Positions 9,759-18,253 of a stretch of DNA of 64,000 bases are shown here, one piece after another. Origin of the DNA: an uncultured Candidatus Peribacteria bacterium (lineage in GTDB: Bacteria; Patescibacteriota; Gracilibacteria; UBA1369; 2-02-FULL-48-14); NCBI GenBank assembly GCA_964516995.1, contig CAZFAV010000004.1, forward strand, positions 18,689 through 82,688, given 5' to 3'. Position 1 is the stretch's first letter. Each line of letters starts with the position of its first letter. Made by a program: the position numbers and the translations under genes. Under the pieces are notes generated by a model, which made no database searches, was not told where the DNA came from, and was given only the letters and a program-made list of their open reading frames with translations.

Positions 9759-10481
9759 CTAATTCTCGGCCCACATTTTTTCAAACACAGCCATGAACAT
9801 TTTGTAAAAGGCAGGATTGGTAATACAAATGCAGTTGGTTTCTGCGGTTGCATCAAAAAGCATGATTTTATTGTCGAACAGGATACAAGTGGTTTCAAAA
9901 TAAGGGTCTTTAGGAAGAAATCTTACCTCTCGGCAGCTGGTTTTATCTTTCTTTTTTAAGTCTAATGCTGCTGGTGTTTTTTGAGCTAATAGCCGCGCGT
10001 AAATTTTCTTTTTTATTCTCTCTTTAGTCCATTTCTCCTCCCTCTTTGGATCTATGCCTTTTAAGAAAACATCGTAGTTGATCCAAATATTGATTACTTC
10101 GGGCTCGGTTCGGAGTATGTCTTCGTACATTTCTCGGTATCCTTCTGTGCCCTTGTAATATTGAACCTCGATGACCTGAGGAACATTTTTAGTAGCTTCA
10201 GCGAATCTGTCGACTAAATTTTGTGCTGCTTCATATTTTTCTTTTTCTTGATGCAAAACTTTTTTTGGATCATCTATCACAAAATAAGTCACGCGGCCTT
10301 TTTTGTAGCTGTAGACCAAATTCCTTTCCTCCAAGTTTTTTAAGGCTGCATATACGGTGGGCCTTTTAATTCCACTCATTCGTGCAAGAACTGAGGGTTG
10401 AGCGGTCCCAAGGTTAAACAAGAGAAGATATATGGCTGCCTCTTTAGGAGAAAATCCGAGTTTATAGAGTTCTTCTCTCAC
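9759..10481 (-). CDS. TrmB-family transcriptional regulator (TrmB-1)
   Basis: N-terminal winged-helix signature LGFSPKEAAIYLLLFNLGTAQPSVLARMSGIKRPTVYAALKNLEERNLV, about 240 aa. Convergent with P2 and divergent from the next block. Confidence 0.8.
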   Translation of the reverse strand: MREELYKLGFSPKEAAIYLLLFNLGTAQPSVLARMSGIKRPTVYAALKNLEERNLVYSYKKGRVTYFVIDDPKKVLHQEKEKYEAAQNLVDRFAEATKNVPQVIEVQYYKGTEGYREMYEDILRTEPEVINIWINYDVFLKGIDPKREEKWTKERIKKKIYARLLAQKTPAALDLKKKDKTSCREVRFLPKDPYFETTCILFDNKIMLFDATAETNCICITNPAFYKMFMAVFEKMWAEN

Positions 10482-10501
10482 TTTTTTAATGTTTAGATTT
10501 C

Positions 10502-10529
10502 ATTATCCTTTTTCTATGCCATTTGCCAA
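10502..10529 (-). promoter_or_regulatory. Candidate sigma70-type promoter for TrmB-1
   Basis: On the minus strand, TTGGCA (10524-10529), a 16-nt spacer, then GATAAT (10502-10507), about 20 nt upstream of the ATG at 10481. Confidence 0.4.
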
Positions 10530-10561
10530 GACCCTGGCTGGTTCGACATGTTTTTGGCTTA

Positions 10562-10589
10562 TTGACTTTCGATCTCTTTATTTTAAAAT
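10562..10589 (+). promoter_or_regulatory. Candidate promoter for the 470-aa gene / P3-P5 block
   Basis: TTGACT (10562-10567), a 16-nt spacer, then TAAAAT (10584-10589). The ATG at 10607 is only about 11 nt from the predicted TSS. Confidence 0.45.
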
Positions 10590-10606
10590 AGAATCTTATA
10601 TTTGAC

Positions 10607-12019
10607 ATGGAAAGAGTGCCACAAAACGAAAGCGGGTGGGAAGCTTTAAAAGCGTTTTGGAAACGCACTTTAACAGAGCGGAGCCTCACTTTAGATATAG
10701 ATGAGGAAGGACTTTCCGTTCAGAAAAAGCAAAAAATTGGACCAAAAGGGTTGATCGAAGACTGTTATATCCCAGGAGGAGATGTCCATGCATTTTATGT
10801 GGGAAAGATTCCTTTAAGGGGACCATGGCTAGCACTTAAAGACATCTCTGGGTGGGAAGAACAGAATCCCACTTATTCAAAACCTTATCTACAAGCGGCC
10901 TTGTCTTATGCTCAGACTTTTCTTCAAGATGGTCCCGTACGATTTGTGATTGGAGTCGAGCTACAAACTTTTTGTAATGGCCGTGATTCTATGCAGGGAC
11001 ATTTGTCTGCTCAAGAGGAAAGGGCTTTTTTGCTTAGAGTGGCCCAAGAGCACCACGTGCCGTTGGAGGATGTTTTAATTTCTACTTTTAGAGAAGACCA
11101 TCCAGAACTGTTTTTGGCTTTAGATGCTGCTGCTGACCCTATTTCCGGTCGCGTTCAGCTAGATCAAGTTTTTCTGTCAGAAATGCCCATACTTTCTGCT
11201 TCGTCTAATGCCCTGGAGCTGGCTACTGTGCTTTATAAAGCGGCGCAAAAAAGTAGCAAGCTCAGAAAGGCTTTTCAAAGTTTGATTCCGGAGGAACTAA
11301 AAAAACAACGGGACGCGGATGAAAATACTTTCTGTTCGATGGATGCTTACGGACTTTTTGAAGTCGCCATACGCTTGGTGGATATTTTACGTGGCCGATA
11401 CATCCATGGTGGGGTGGATAGGCAAGGAGCTCTCGGCCAAGTAATTATTCAGCTGATTAGAGGGAGAGAAGGCATTTTTTCCTCTATTCTAGCCTTGGAT
11501 CCACTTTTCACTCTTCTCCAAGCTCAGTCTTTCCAAGCCCTTAATATTGATCGAAATAAGAATGAATTTGAAAGAGAGCGCATTGTTCATAGAGCTCGAT
11601 CTCGTATCCATGGCATCTATGGCCTAGGCGCAAGCATCGCGGTAGCAGTGGCTTCCAGTTATGGAATCTGGTCTTACCACCAAAAGGCCGAACAAGAGGG
11701 CTATTTTGACCAAGCTGTGCTTAGGGTGGGCTCTCATATTCAATGTCCTGAAATTCCTAATTTTGACTTAACAGAGCAGGCTAGATCAATAGAGTCACAA
11801 TTTGCATCTGACCTGAGTGATCGTTACAAAACATCCATCCCCTTTGGAGACTTGGAGCCCTTTTTGATGGAGGAGCTCTTTTCTCATCCAAAAGTCTGTT
11901 TGATTATGAATAGTGATCAAGACCGCCTAGATTTTCTTGATGATTTCGTACGCCATCACCCTTTTGTTTTTTGCTTTGAGGGAAATCCTAATCCAGCCGC
12001 TTGGTGTTTGTCTCAGTAA
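10607..12019 (+). CDS. Hypothetical protein (470 aa, one predicted TM helix near residue 345)
   Basis: Long ORF with coding-like composition and no recognisable motif. The hydrophobic stretch IYGLGASIAVAVASSYGIWSY is the only TM-like segment. It heads the second block of the array. Confidence 0.7.
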   Translation: MERVPQNESGWEALKAFWKRTLTERSLTLDIDEEGLSVQKKQKIGPKGLIEDCYIPGGDVHAFYVGKIPLRGPWLALKDISGWEEQNPTYSKPYLQAALSYAQTFLQDGPVRFVIGVELQTFCNGRDSMQGHLSAQEERAFLLRVAQEHHVPLEDVLISTFREDHPELFLALDAAADPISGRVQLDQVFLSEMPILSASSNALELATVLYKAAQKSSKLRKAFQSLIPEELKKQRDADENTFCSMDAYGLFEVAIRLVDILRGRYIHGGVDRQGALGQVIIQLIRGREGIFSSILALDPLFTLLQAQSFQALNIDRNKNEFERERIVHRARSRIHGIYGLGASIAVAVASSYGIWSYHQKAEQEGYFDQAVLRVGSHIQCPEIPNFDLTEQARSIESQFASDLSDRYKTSIPFGDLEPFLMEELFSHPKVCLIMNSDQDRLDFLDDFVRHHPFVFCFEGNPNPAAWCLSQ

Positions 12020-12034
12020 GTTCCAATAGAGAGC

Positions 12035-12063
12035 TTGTCCTGTCGACCTTTTTCCGATATAAA
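12035..12063 (+). promoter_or_regulatory. Candidate internal promoter upstream of P3
   Basis: TTGTCC (12035-12040), a 17-nt spacer, then TATAAA (12058-12063). The ATG lies at 12081. Confidence 0.4.
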
Positions 12064-12080
12064 TAAGCTCTTTGATTTTT

Positions 12081-13727
12081 ATGGAACAGACCTGCAAAAT
12101 CACGGGGAAAAAGTTTGAATTTACGGACTGGGAGCTTCAAGTTCTGAGGAAATTTAGTGTGGATTTCCCAGCTCCTACGCTGTGCATTGAAGAGCGGCAC
12201 CGTCGCCGTTTGGCGCATCGCAATGAACGTAAGATTTACAAAAGCAAATGTGCCCTTTCCGGCAAAGATATTGTTTCGGTCTACTCGCCGGATAAACCCT
12301 ATACTGTGCTGGCTCCGGAGGTGTGGTGGAGTGACCAATGGGATCCCAAGTCCTATGGGCGTGACTTTGATTTTTCTCGTCCTTTTTTTGAACAGTTTGC
12401 AGAGCTTGAGCGGGATGTGCCTCACCTCGCGCTCATCAATGTGAATGGAGAAAACAGCGACTATTGCAATCTCACCACCGGTAATAAAAACTGCTATTTG
12501 GTCTTTGGCGGGGACTACAACCAAGACTCCATGTACAGCGCCTTCAGCATGCATGGCATAGACAATGTGGACGTATACTGGGTCACGGGCTCGGAGCTCA
12601 TTTATGACTGCACCGATTGTGAGGGCTGCTACAACCTTAAGTATTCTCGCAACTGTGTCTCTTGCCGCGAAAGTGCCTTTCTTTTTGCCTGCCGCAACTG
12701 TGAGAATTGTTTTGGCTGTGTGGGGCTCATCGGAAAGAAATACCACATTTTCAATCAGCCCTACTCGCCCGAAGAGTACAAAAAGAAAATTGCGGAATAC
12801 GATTTGAGTTCTTGGAAGAGCGTACAGTATTTAAAAGAAGAATTTGAGAAATTTCGGCTTAAATTCCCTCACCGTTATGCGCAAATCATCAACTCGGAAA
12901 ACTGCACCGGGGACCATATTTCTAATGCTAAAAATTGCATCAATTGCTTTGGCATAGAAGGTCCAGCGGAGGATGCGAAGGATCTTTTTTTGAGTGCGGA
13001 GAACATCAAAGACTGTTTGAGTTCGAGTCATTTTGGATACAAGGTGGAACTTTATTACGAGATGCTCGGTTCCTTGGAAGGCCGCGACTGTGCTTTTTGT
13101 AGTTTTTCTTGGACCTCCCAATCCACCTTCTACTGCGAAATGGTCACAAACTCTCACGACCTTTTTGGCTGCAGCAATATGAAGCGCGCGGAGTACTGCA
13201 TTTTGAACAAGCAATACAGCAAGGAGGAGTATTTTGCTTTGCGAGATCGAATCATGGAGCACATGAAGAAAACCGGAGAGTGGGGTGAGTTTTTCCCGAT
13301 TCAAAACTCCTTGTTTGCCTACAATGAGACCGTGGCCCAGGACTACTTCCCTCTCACTAAAGAGGAGGCTCTGGCTAAGGGCTATCAATGGCTGGATGAA
13401 GAAAGGCGCTCTGGCATTGGTCCGATGATTCCTGATCGTATTTCTGACACAACAGATACTATTCTGGGTCAGGCTTTAGTCTGTGAAAAAACGGGCCGTC
13501 CTTACCGCGTGATTCCTCAGGAATTGGCCTTTTATAGAAAGATGGGAGTGCCCGTGCCTCACTATGCACCAGAAACTCGCAATGAGCTGCGGATTGCCCT
13601 TAGAAATCCCATTCAAACATGGGAGCGGAAATGTGTGAAGTGCAACAAACCGATTCAGAGTTCTTATGCTCCCCACCGTCCAGAAATCGTGTACTGTGAT
13701 GACTGTTATTTAGCCTTGATGTACTAA
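12081..13727 (+). CDS. Cys-rich family paralogue P3 (subtype C, N-terminal ribbons degenerate)
   Basis: ATG at MEQTCKITG (the ORF-track TTG at 12072 is less likely). The single-Cys 'CKITGKKF' and 'LCIEERHRRR' replace CxxC/CPxCR. The family core motifs and the C-terminal CVKCNKPIQSSYAPHRPEIVYCDDCY are intact. Confidence 0.9.
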   Translation: MEQTCKITGKKFEFTDWELQVLRKFSVDFPAPTLCIEERHRRRLAHRNERKIYKSKCALSGKDIVSVYSPDKPYTVLAPEVWWSDQWDPKSYGRDFDFSRPFFEQFAELERDVPHLALINVNGENSDYCNLTTGNKNCYLVFGGDYNQDSMYSAFSMHGIDNVDVYWVTGSELIYDCTDCEGCYNLKYSRNCVSCRESAFLFACRNCENCFGCVGLIGKKYHIFNQPYSPEEYKKKIAEYDLSSWKSVQYLKEEFEKFRLKFPHRYAQIINSENCTGDHISNAKNCINCFGIEGPAEDAKDLFLSAENIKDCLSSSHFGYKVELYYEMLGSLEGRDCAFCSFSWTSQSTFYCEMVTNSHDLFGCSNMKRAEYCILNKQYSKEEYFALRDRIMEHMKKTGEWGEFFPIQNSLFAYNETVAQDYFPLTKEEALAKGYQWLDEERRSGIGPMIPDRISDTTDTILGQALVCEKTGRPYRVIPQELAFYRKMGVPVPHYAPETRNELRIALRNPIQTWERKCVKCNKPIQSSYAPHRPEIVYCDDCYLALMY

Positions 13728-15317
13728 ATGATTAATCGTTGTAGAAACTGCCAAAATCCTTTTGAGGTCACAGATAAGGACATGGAGTTTTATAAAAAGA
13801 TAGAAGTGACGCCTCCTAGTTTTTGCCCTTCGTGTCGCTTGCAAAGACGTCTCAGTTTCCGGAATGAAAGTAAACTCCATAAGAGGAGTTGTGATTTGTG
13901 TAAGAGACCCGTCATTTCTTTTTATTCTGAGCAGAGCCGTTTCCCTGTTTATTGCATGGAGTGTTGGTGGTCCGACCAATGGGATCCTTCTAGTTATGGA
14001 CGGGATTTTGATTTTTCACGTCCTTTTTTTGATCAGATGAAAGAATTGATGCAAGTAGTCCCCAAAGCTTCTGCGCTTCACTTAAACAATGAAAATTCTG
14101 AATATAATGCCCTGCTCGCCTTCAGCAAAAACACTTATATGTCTGCTGGTTCTTATTACGTAGAGGATTGTTTGTATGCTCGCAAGAGTCAGTACAGTAA
14201 AGACTGTTTGATCAGTAATTTCTTGGACCATTGTGAACTGGTGGCATGGAGCACTAATTCAAAGAACTGTTATCGTGCTCACCATCTTTTAAACTGTAGA
14301 AGTTGCAACAATTCGGCCTACCTAGCCGACTGCACAAGCTGTGAAAATTGCTTTATGTGCAGTGGGCTTAGTAATAAAAAATTCTGCTTTAAAAACCAGC
14401 AGTTGAGTGAAGAAGATTATCAGAAAAAGGTGGAGGAGTATCAGGATAAAAACCCTAAAGATATTTGGAAAGAATTTTGTACATTCAGTGCCAGCATCCC
14501 TAAGCGTTACCAAAATCAGCTCAGTTGTGAAAATTCTTCTGGAGACTATATCTATAACTCTAGAAATGCTACGGAGGTTTATGATTGTTTTGAAGTTCAA
14601 GACTCCAAATATTTACTCGAATGCGTCAATGTGAAGGACAGCATGGATCTTTCTATGCACGATAAAGACATCGAGCTTTGTTATGAACTGTGTTCAGGGG
14701 GTGACAGTAATTTTAACCTTAAATTCAGTTATTGCTCTTGTGCCTCTCCTAATTCCAGCTATCTATTTTCATGTTTTTACTTGGAGGACAGTTTGGGTTG
14801 TGACGGTTTTCATGCGCGTCAAAAAAACTATATTCTGAATAAAAAATATGGTGAAAGTGAATACCAAGAACTCAAAAAGCGGATCATTGAACATATGAAG
14901 AGAACTGGCGAATGGGGCGAGTTTTTCCCTATCACGCTCTCTTCCTTTCCTTATAATGAGAGTGTGGCTTTTAATAGCTTCCCCCTTACCCGCGAAGCAG
15001 CTTTACAGAACGGTTACTCTTGGGCAGAAGAAGAGTCCCGATCCGTGGCGACTGCACTTGGTGTTTTACAATGTGAAGTCTGTTCCAAACCTTATCGAAT
15101 CATTCCACAGGAAGCAGCTCTGGGTCAAAAAATTGGTGTTCCTCCTTCTACATTATGTGCAGACTGCCGATTTGCAGAACTTTTCAGCTGGAAGAATCCC
15201 CACCAACTTTGGTCTGGACAGTGTGATCGATGCAGTATGTCTATTCAAACCACCTATTCCCCTTCTCGTCCGGAAAAAGTTTACTGTGAGAAGTGTTATT
15301 TGGAGTCGGTGTACTAG
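13728..15317 (+). CDS. Cys-rich family paralogue P4 (subtype A, all four ribbons intact)
   Basis: TAAATG junction with P3. The N and C modules both show CxxC-x24-CxxC-x18-CxxC-x17-CxxC. I hand-counted 37 Cys in 529 aa. Confidence 0.9.
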   Translation: MINRCRNCQNPFEVTDKDMEFYKKIEVTPPSFCPSCRLQRRLSFRNESKLHKRSCDLCKRPVISFYSEQSRFPVYCMECWWSDQWDPSSYGRDFDFSRPFFDQMKELMQVVPKASALHLNNENSEYNALLAFSKNTYMSAGSYYVEDCLYARKSQYSKDCLISNFLDHCELVAWSTNSKNCYRAHHLLNCRSCNNSAYLADCTSCENCFMCSGLSNKKFCFKNQQLSEEDYQKKVEEYQDKNPKDIWKEFCTFSASIPKRYQNQLSCENSSGDYIYNSRNATEVYDCFEVQDSKYLLECVNVKDSMDLSMHDKDIELCYELCSGGDSNFNLKFSYCSCASPNSSYLFSCFYLEDSLGCDGFHARQKNYILNKKYGESEYQELKKRIIEHMKRTGEWGEFFPITLSSFPYNESVAFNSFPLTREAALQNGYSWAEEESRSVATALGVLQCEVCSKPYRIIPQEAALGQKIGVPPSTLCADCRFAELFSWKNPHQLWSGQCDRCSMSIQTTYSPSRPEKVYCEKCYLESVY

Positions 15318-15347
15318 GCTGGTATAGTGCTGCAGTTCCCTATAAAT

Positions 15348-17018
15348 ATGCTGCAAAACTGTTCCCAATGTTTCCAAGTGTTCGACATCTCCCCCGAAGA
15401 CTTGGCTTTTTATGATTCCATCTCTCCAGTGATGGGAGGACAGAAGCAAGCTATTCCTCCTCCTCAGCGCTGTCCTTCTTGTCGCCTTCAAAAGCGTATG
15501 GCTTTTAGGAATGAACGAAAGCTTTACCATCGCAAAAGTGATCTTAGCGGAAAATTAATCCTCACTAACTATTCTCCTGAGAAAAATTATAAAGTTTACG
15601 ATCAAGATGAATGGTGGTCCGACCAGTGGGAGGGACTGAGTTTTGGTCGGGATTTTGATTTTAATCGAAGCTTTAGCGAGCAGTTTGACGAGCTCATGCA
15701 CGAGGTGCCGCACATCTCTCTCATCAATACCGGTTGCGAAAACAGTTACTTCACCAACTTCGCTCTTTTTCAAAAAAACTGTTACCTCATTTTTGGCGGA
15801 GGGAACAGTGAGGATTGTATGCATGGAAAGTACATTGTGAGCTGCAAAAACTGTGTAGATAATCTGACTTTGTACAACTCTGAACTTTGTTATGAAGGAG
15901 TGGCTTCGGACAATTGTTACCAGTGCCATTACTTTTCGCATTCACGAAACTGCGTGGACTGCCTCATGATCGACAACTGTCTAGCCTGCAAGAATTGTAT
16001 CGGCTGTTTTGGCCTGGTGAATAAAGAATATTTTTACTTCAATCAATTTGTAGGGAAGGAGAAGTTTATGGAACTTAAGGCGGCTTTATATCCTTTGACT
16101 CCTGCTAAGATTGCTGCGCTTCGGACTCAGTTTGAGGCCATGAAGGCTCAGCTTCCTCATCGACAAGCGCGTATTTATGCGTCAGAGAATTGTACCGGTG
16201 ACAATATTTATAACTCAAAAAATTGCCAGATTTCTTACGACATTAAAGAGTGTGAAGACTGTAAGTTCATGAATTTTGCACCCAAGTGTAAGGGCAGTTA
16301 CGACACTTCTTTCTGCGCGCCGGACGGGGTGCAATTTTCTTACAATATGTGCTCCGCCATCAGTACTCGTTCTATGACGGGCTATTTAGTGTGGTATTGC
16401 GACAGTGTTTATTACTCCGAGGAGTGCCACCATTCTAATGATTTATTTGGCTGTGTAGGTCTCAAAAATAAACGTTATTGTATTTTAAATAAGCAGTACT
16501 CTAAGGGAGAATATGAAGCTTTGATGCCACGTATTATCGAGCACATGCGTAAGACCGGAGAGTGGGGTGAGTACTTTGATTATAAGCTCTCTCCCTTCTG
16601 TTATAACGAGACCGTGGCCCAAGAATATTTCCCTTTGGATGAGGCGGGAGCGGCAGCAGTCGGCGCGCGCTGGTACCCAGTAGCTCCAGAAACATTGGAA
16701 GGAACTTTACTGAGTTCTGTGCCCGAAAATATTCAAGAAGTGGGTGATGAAATCTTAAGCCAGGTTCTGACTTGTGAAGTCACTAAAAGACCTTATAAAA
16801 TCATCCCTCCAGAGTTGAAGTTTTATCGCTCCCAAGGCTTGCCAATACCTCGTCGACATCCGGATCAAAGGCACATGGATCGGGTAGCGTTGCATACCCC
16901 CTATCACCTTTTTGATCGCGCTTGCTCCCAGTGTGGCAAAGACATGCAAACTGCCTACTCAACTCAAAAAGCACCCATCGTTTATTGTGAAGAGTGCTAC
17001 CTCAAACTCATTTACTGA
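15348..17018 (+). CDS. Cys-rich family paralogue P5 (subtype B)
   Basis: I chose the ATG at MLQNCSQCF (the ORF-track GTG at 15327 is possible). ISPVMGGQKQAIPPPQRCPSCRLQKR, YCILNKQYSKGEYEALMPRIIEHMRKTGEWGEYF, C-terminal IVYCEECYLKLIY. Confidence 0.88.
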   Translation: MLQNCSQCFQVFDISPEDLAFYDSISPVMGGQKQAIPPPQRCPSCRLQKRMAFRNERKLYHRKSDLSGKLILTNYSPEKNYKVYDQDEWWSDQWEGLSFGRDFDFNRSFSEQFDELMHEVPHISLINTGCENSYFTNFALFQKNCYLIFGGGNSEDCMHGKYIVSCKNCVDNLTLYNSELCYEGVASDNCYQCHYFSHSRNCVDCLMIDNCLACKNCIGCFGLVNKEYFYFNQFVGKEKFMELKAALYPLTPAKIAALRTQFEAMKAQLPHRQARIYASENCTGDNIYNSKNCQISYDIKECEDCKFMNFAPKCKGSYDTSFCAPDGVQFSYNMCSAISTRSMTGYLVWYCDSVYYSEECHHSNDLFGCVGLKNKRYCILNKQYSKGEYEALMPRIIEHMRKTGEWGEYFDYKLSPFCYNETVAQEYFPLDEAGAAAVGARWYPVAPETLEGTLLSSVPENIQEVGDEILSQVLTCEVTKRPYKIIPPELKFYRSQGLPIPRRHPDQRHMDRVALHTPYHLFDRACSQCGKDMQTAYSTQKAPIVYCEECYLKLIY

Positions 17019-17767
17019 GCCACAAAGGAAGTGGCACCGAGCCAAGCGAGATTGTACACCGCTCTTTGTGTGCGAGCGTACACTGCGGATTCAATGAGTA
17101 GGCCAATGGATTCCTCGGGATCGAGCGACATGACTGCAACCGTGTTCCCATAAATAGAAATTTGATTTTCAAAGTTGAACTCTTTGGGGTTTACAAAGAG
17201 AATTTCCACAAGTTCTTCTGGATAATTTTTGGGATAAAAGGTTTTCACAAAGCGACGCGCTTCTTCAGTGGAGGGGGAGAGTAGACGGGTTTTAATTCCT
17301 CGCTTCACGAGTTTCTGGGTGTAGCTGGGCAGATAGTCAGGGAGCAATTTGCCTAATGCAGCCAAGTTGGTGTAACCCAGCACTTCCGACTCCGCCTCTA
17401 GGGTTTGATCGAAGATGGTTTTGATCCCCTCGATTCCTTCGTAAGAACGAATAAGTGGTTTAAAAGATTGTGGACTGATGAGCGAAAGGAGTTGAGGCAA
17501 AAGCTTTTTGGCAGAAGCGTATTTTTCTTGAATTTGATTAACGAGAACTTGCGGAGGCTCGGCCACAAAAAACTTCACATTGCCTTTGAGATTGGACGTG
17601 ACGAGTCCGCGGCGCCGCAGATTTTCTAAGACATAATAACAGTTCACGCGTGGTACTTTGGATTTGCTGGCGATGGTGCTGGCAAAGGACCCTCCCAGCT
17701 CTAAGACGGTGAGGTAAACTTGTGCCTCTTCTTTGGATAAACCGAGTTCTTCGAGCTCAGGAAGCAT
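17012..17767 (-). CDS. TrmB-family transcriptional regulator (TrmB-2)
   Basis: LGLSKEEAQVYLTVLELGGSFASTIASKSKVPRVNCYYVLENLRRRGLV winged-helix signature, 251 aa. The 3' end overlaps the P5 stop by 7 nt (convergent). Confidence 0.8.
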   Translation of the reverse strand: MLPELEELGLSKEEAQVYLTVLELGGSFASTIASKSKVPRVNCYYVLENLRRRGLVTSNLKGNVKFFVAEPPQVLVNQIQEKYASAKKLLPQLLSLISPQSFKPLIRSYEGIEGIKTIFDQTLEAESEVLGYTNLAALGKLLPDYLPSYTQKLVKRGIKTRLLSPSTEEARRFVKTFYPKNYPEELVEILFVNPKEFNFENQISIYGNTVAVMSLDPEESIGLLIESAVYARTQRAVYNLAWLGATSFVAQ

Positions 17768-17793
17768 AGTGTTGTAAAGTTTTTTCTACAATA

Positions 17794-17822
17794 ATTTTAA
17801 TCTGTTATAAGTATAATTTCAA
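17794..17822 (-). promoter_or_regulatory. Candidate promoter for TrmB-2
   Basis: On the minus strand, TTGAAA (17817-17822), a 17-nt spacer, then TAAAAT (17794-17799). The ATG lies at 17767. Confidence 0.45.
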
Positions 17823-17831
17823 GCAAATCGT

Positions 17832-17860
17832 ATGACAATATTTACAAAATTTGCTATGAT
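17832..17860 (+). promoter_or_regulatory. Candidate promoter for the csaA-like/P6-P8 block
   Basis: ATGACA (17832-17837), a 17-nt spacer, then TATGAT (17855-17860). Its -35 lies 9 nt from the -35 of the divergent TrmB-2 promoter. Confidence 0.45.
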
Positions 17861-17919
17861 GGGTACTAGCATTTAGAAAACAGGGCCAAACCCCTGTCCG
17901 TTTATTTCATTTGTCTTCT

Positions 17920-18252
17920 ATGGCGACTATCGACGATTTCAATGCCTTAGACATCCGCGTGGGTAAAATCACAGCGGCAGAACCCTTCCCTGAGGCACGA
18001 AAACCTGCTTACAAACTCACCATAGACTTTGGTCCAGAAATTGGACTGAAGCACTCTTCAGCTCAAATCACTCAGCATTATGAACGTGAAGCTTTGGTGG
18101 GTCGTTTGGTGCTGGGCGTGGTGAACTTTCCTCCTCGGCAAATCGGGCCTTTTCAATCTGAAGTGCTAACTTTGGGTTTGCCCGATGAAAATGGAGACGT
18201 GGTCCTTATTCAGCCTGATAGAGATTTACCCTTAGGTGGTCGCCTTTTCTAA
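17920..18252 (+). CDS. csaA: CsaA/YgjH-like tRNA-binding domain protein
   Basis: DIRVGKITAAEPFPEARKPAYKLTIDFGPEIGLKHSSAQIT...LVGRLVLGVVNFPPRQIGPFQSEVLTLG matches the OB-fold tRNA-binding (EMAP/CsaA) domain pattern. I prefer the ATG at 17920 to the TTG at 17911. Confidence 0.75.
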   Translation: MATIDDFNALDIRVGKITAAEPFPEARKPAYKLTIDFGPEIGLKHSSAQITQHYEREALVGRLVLGVVNFPPRQIGPFQSEVLTLGLPDENGDVVLIQPDRDLPLGGRLF

Positions 18253-18253
18253 T

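Noticed and set aside
11988-12746. A 252-aa ORF on the - strand spanning the end of the 470-aa gene and the start of P3. Similar antisense ORFs occur at 7471-8178, 12831-13388, 3972-4589, 32786-33337 and 47555-48148.
   Set aside because: All of these are antisense to genes with strong family motifs. None has a recognisable motif or a sensible start context.
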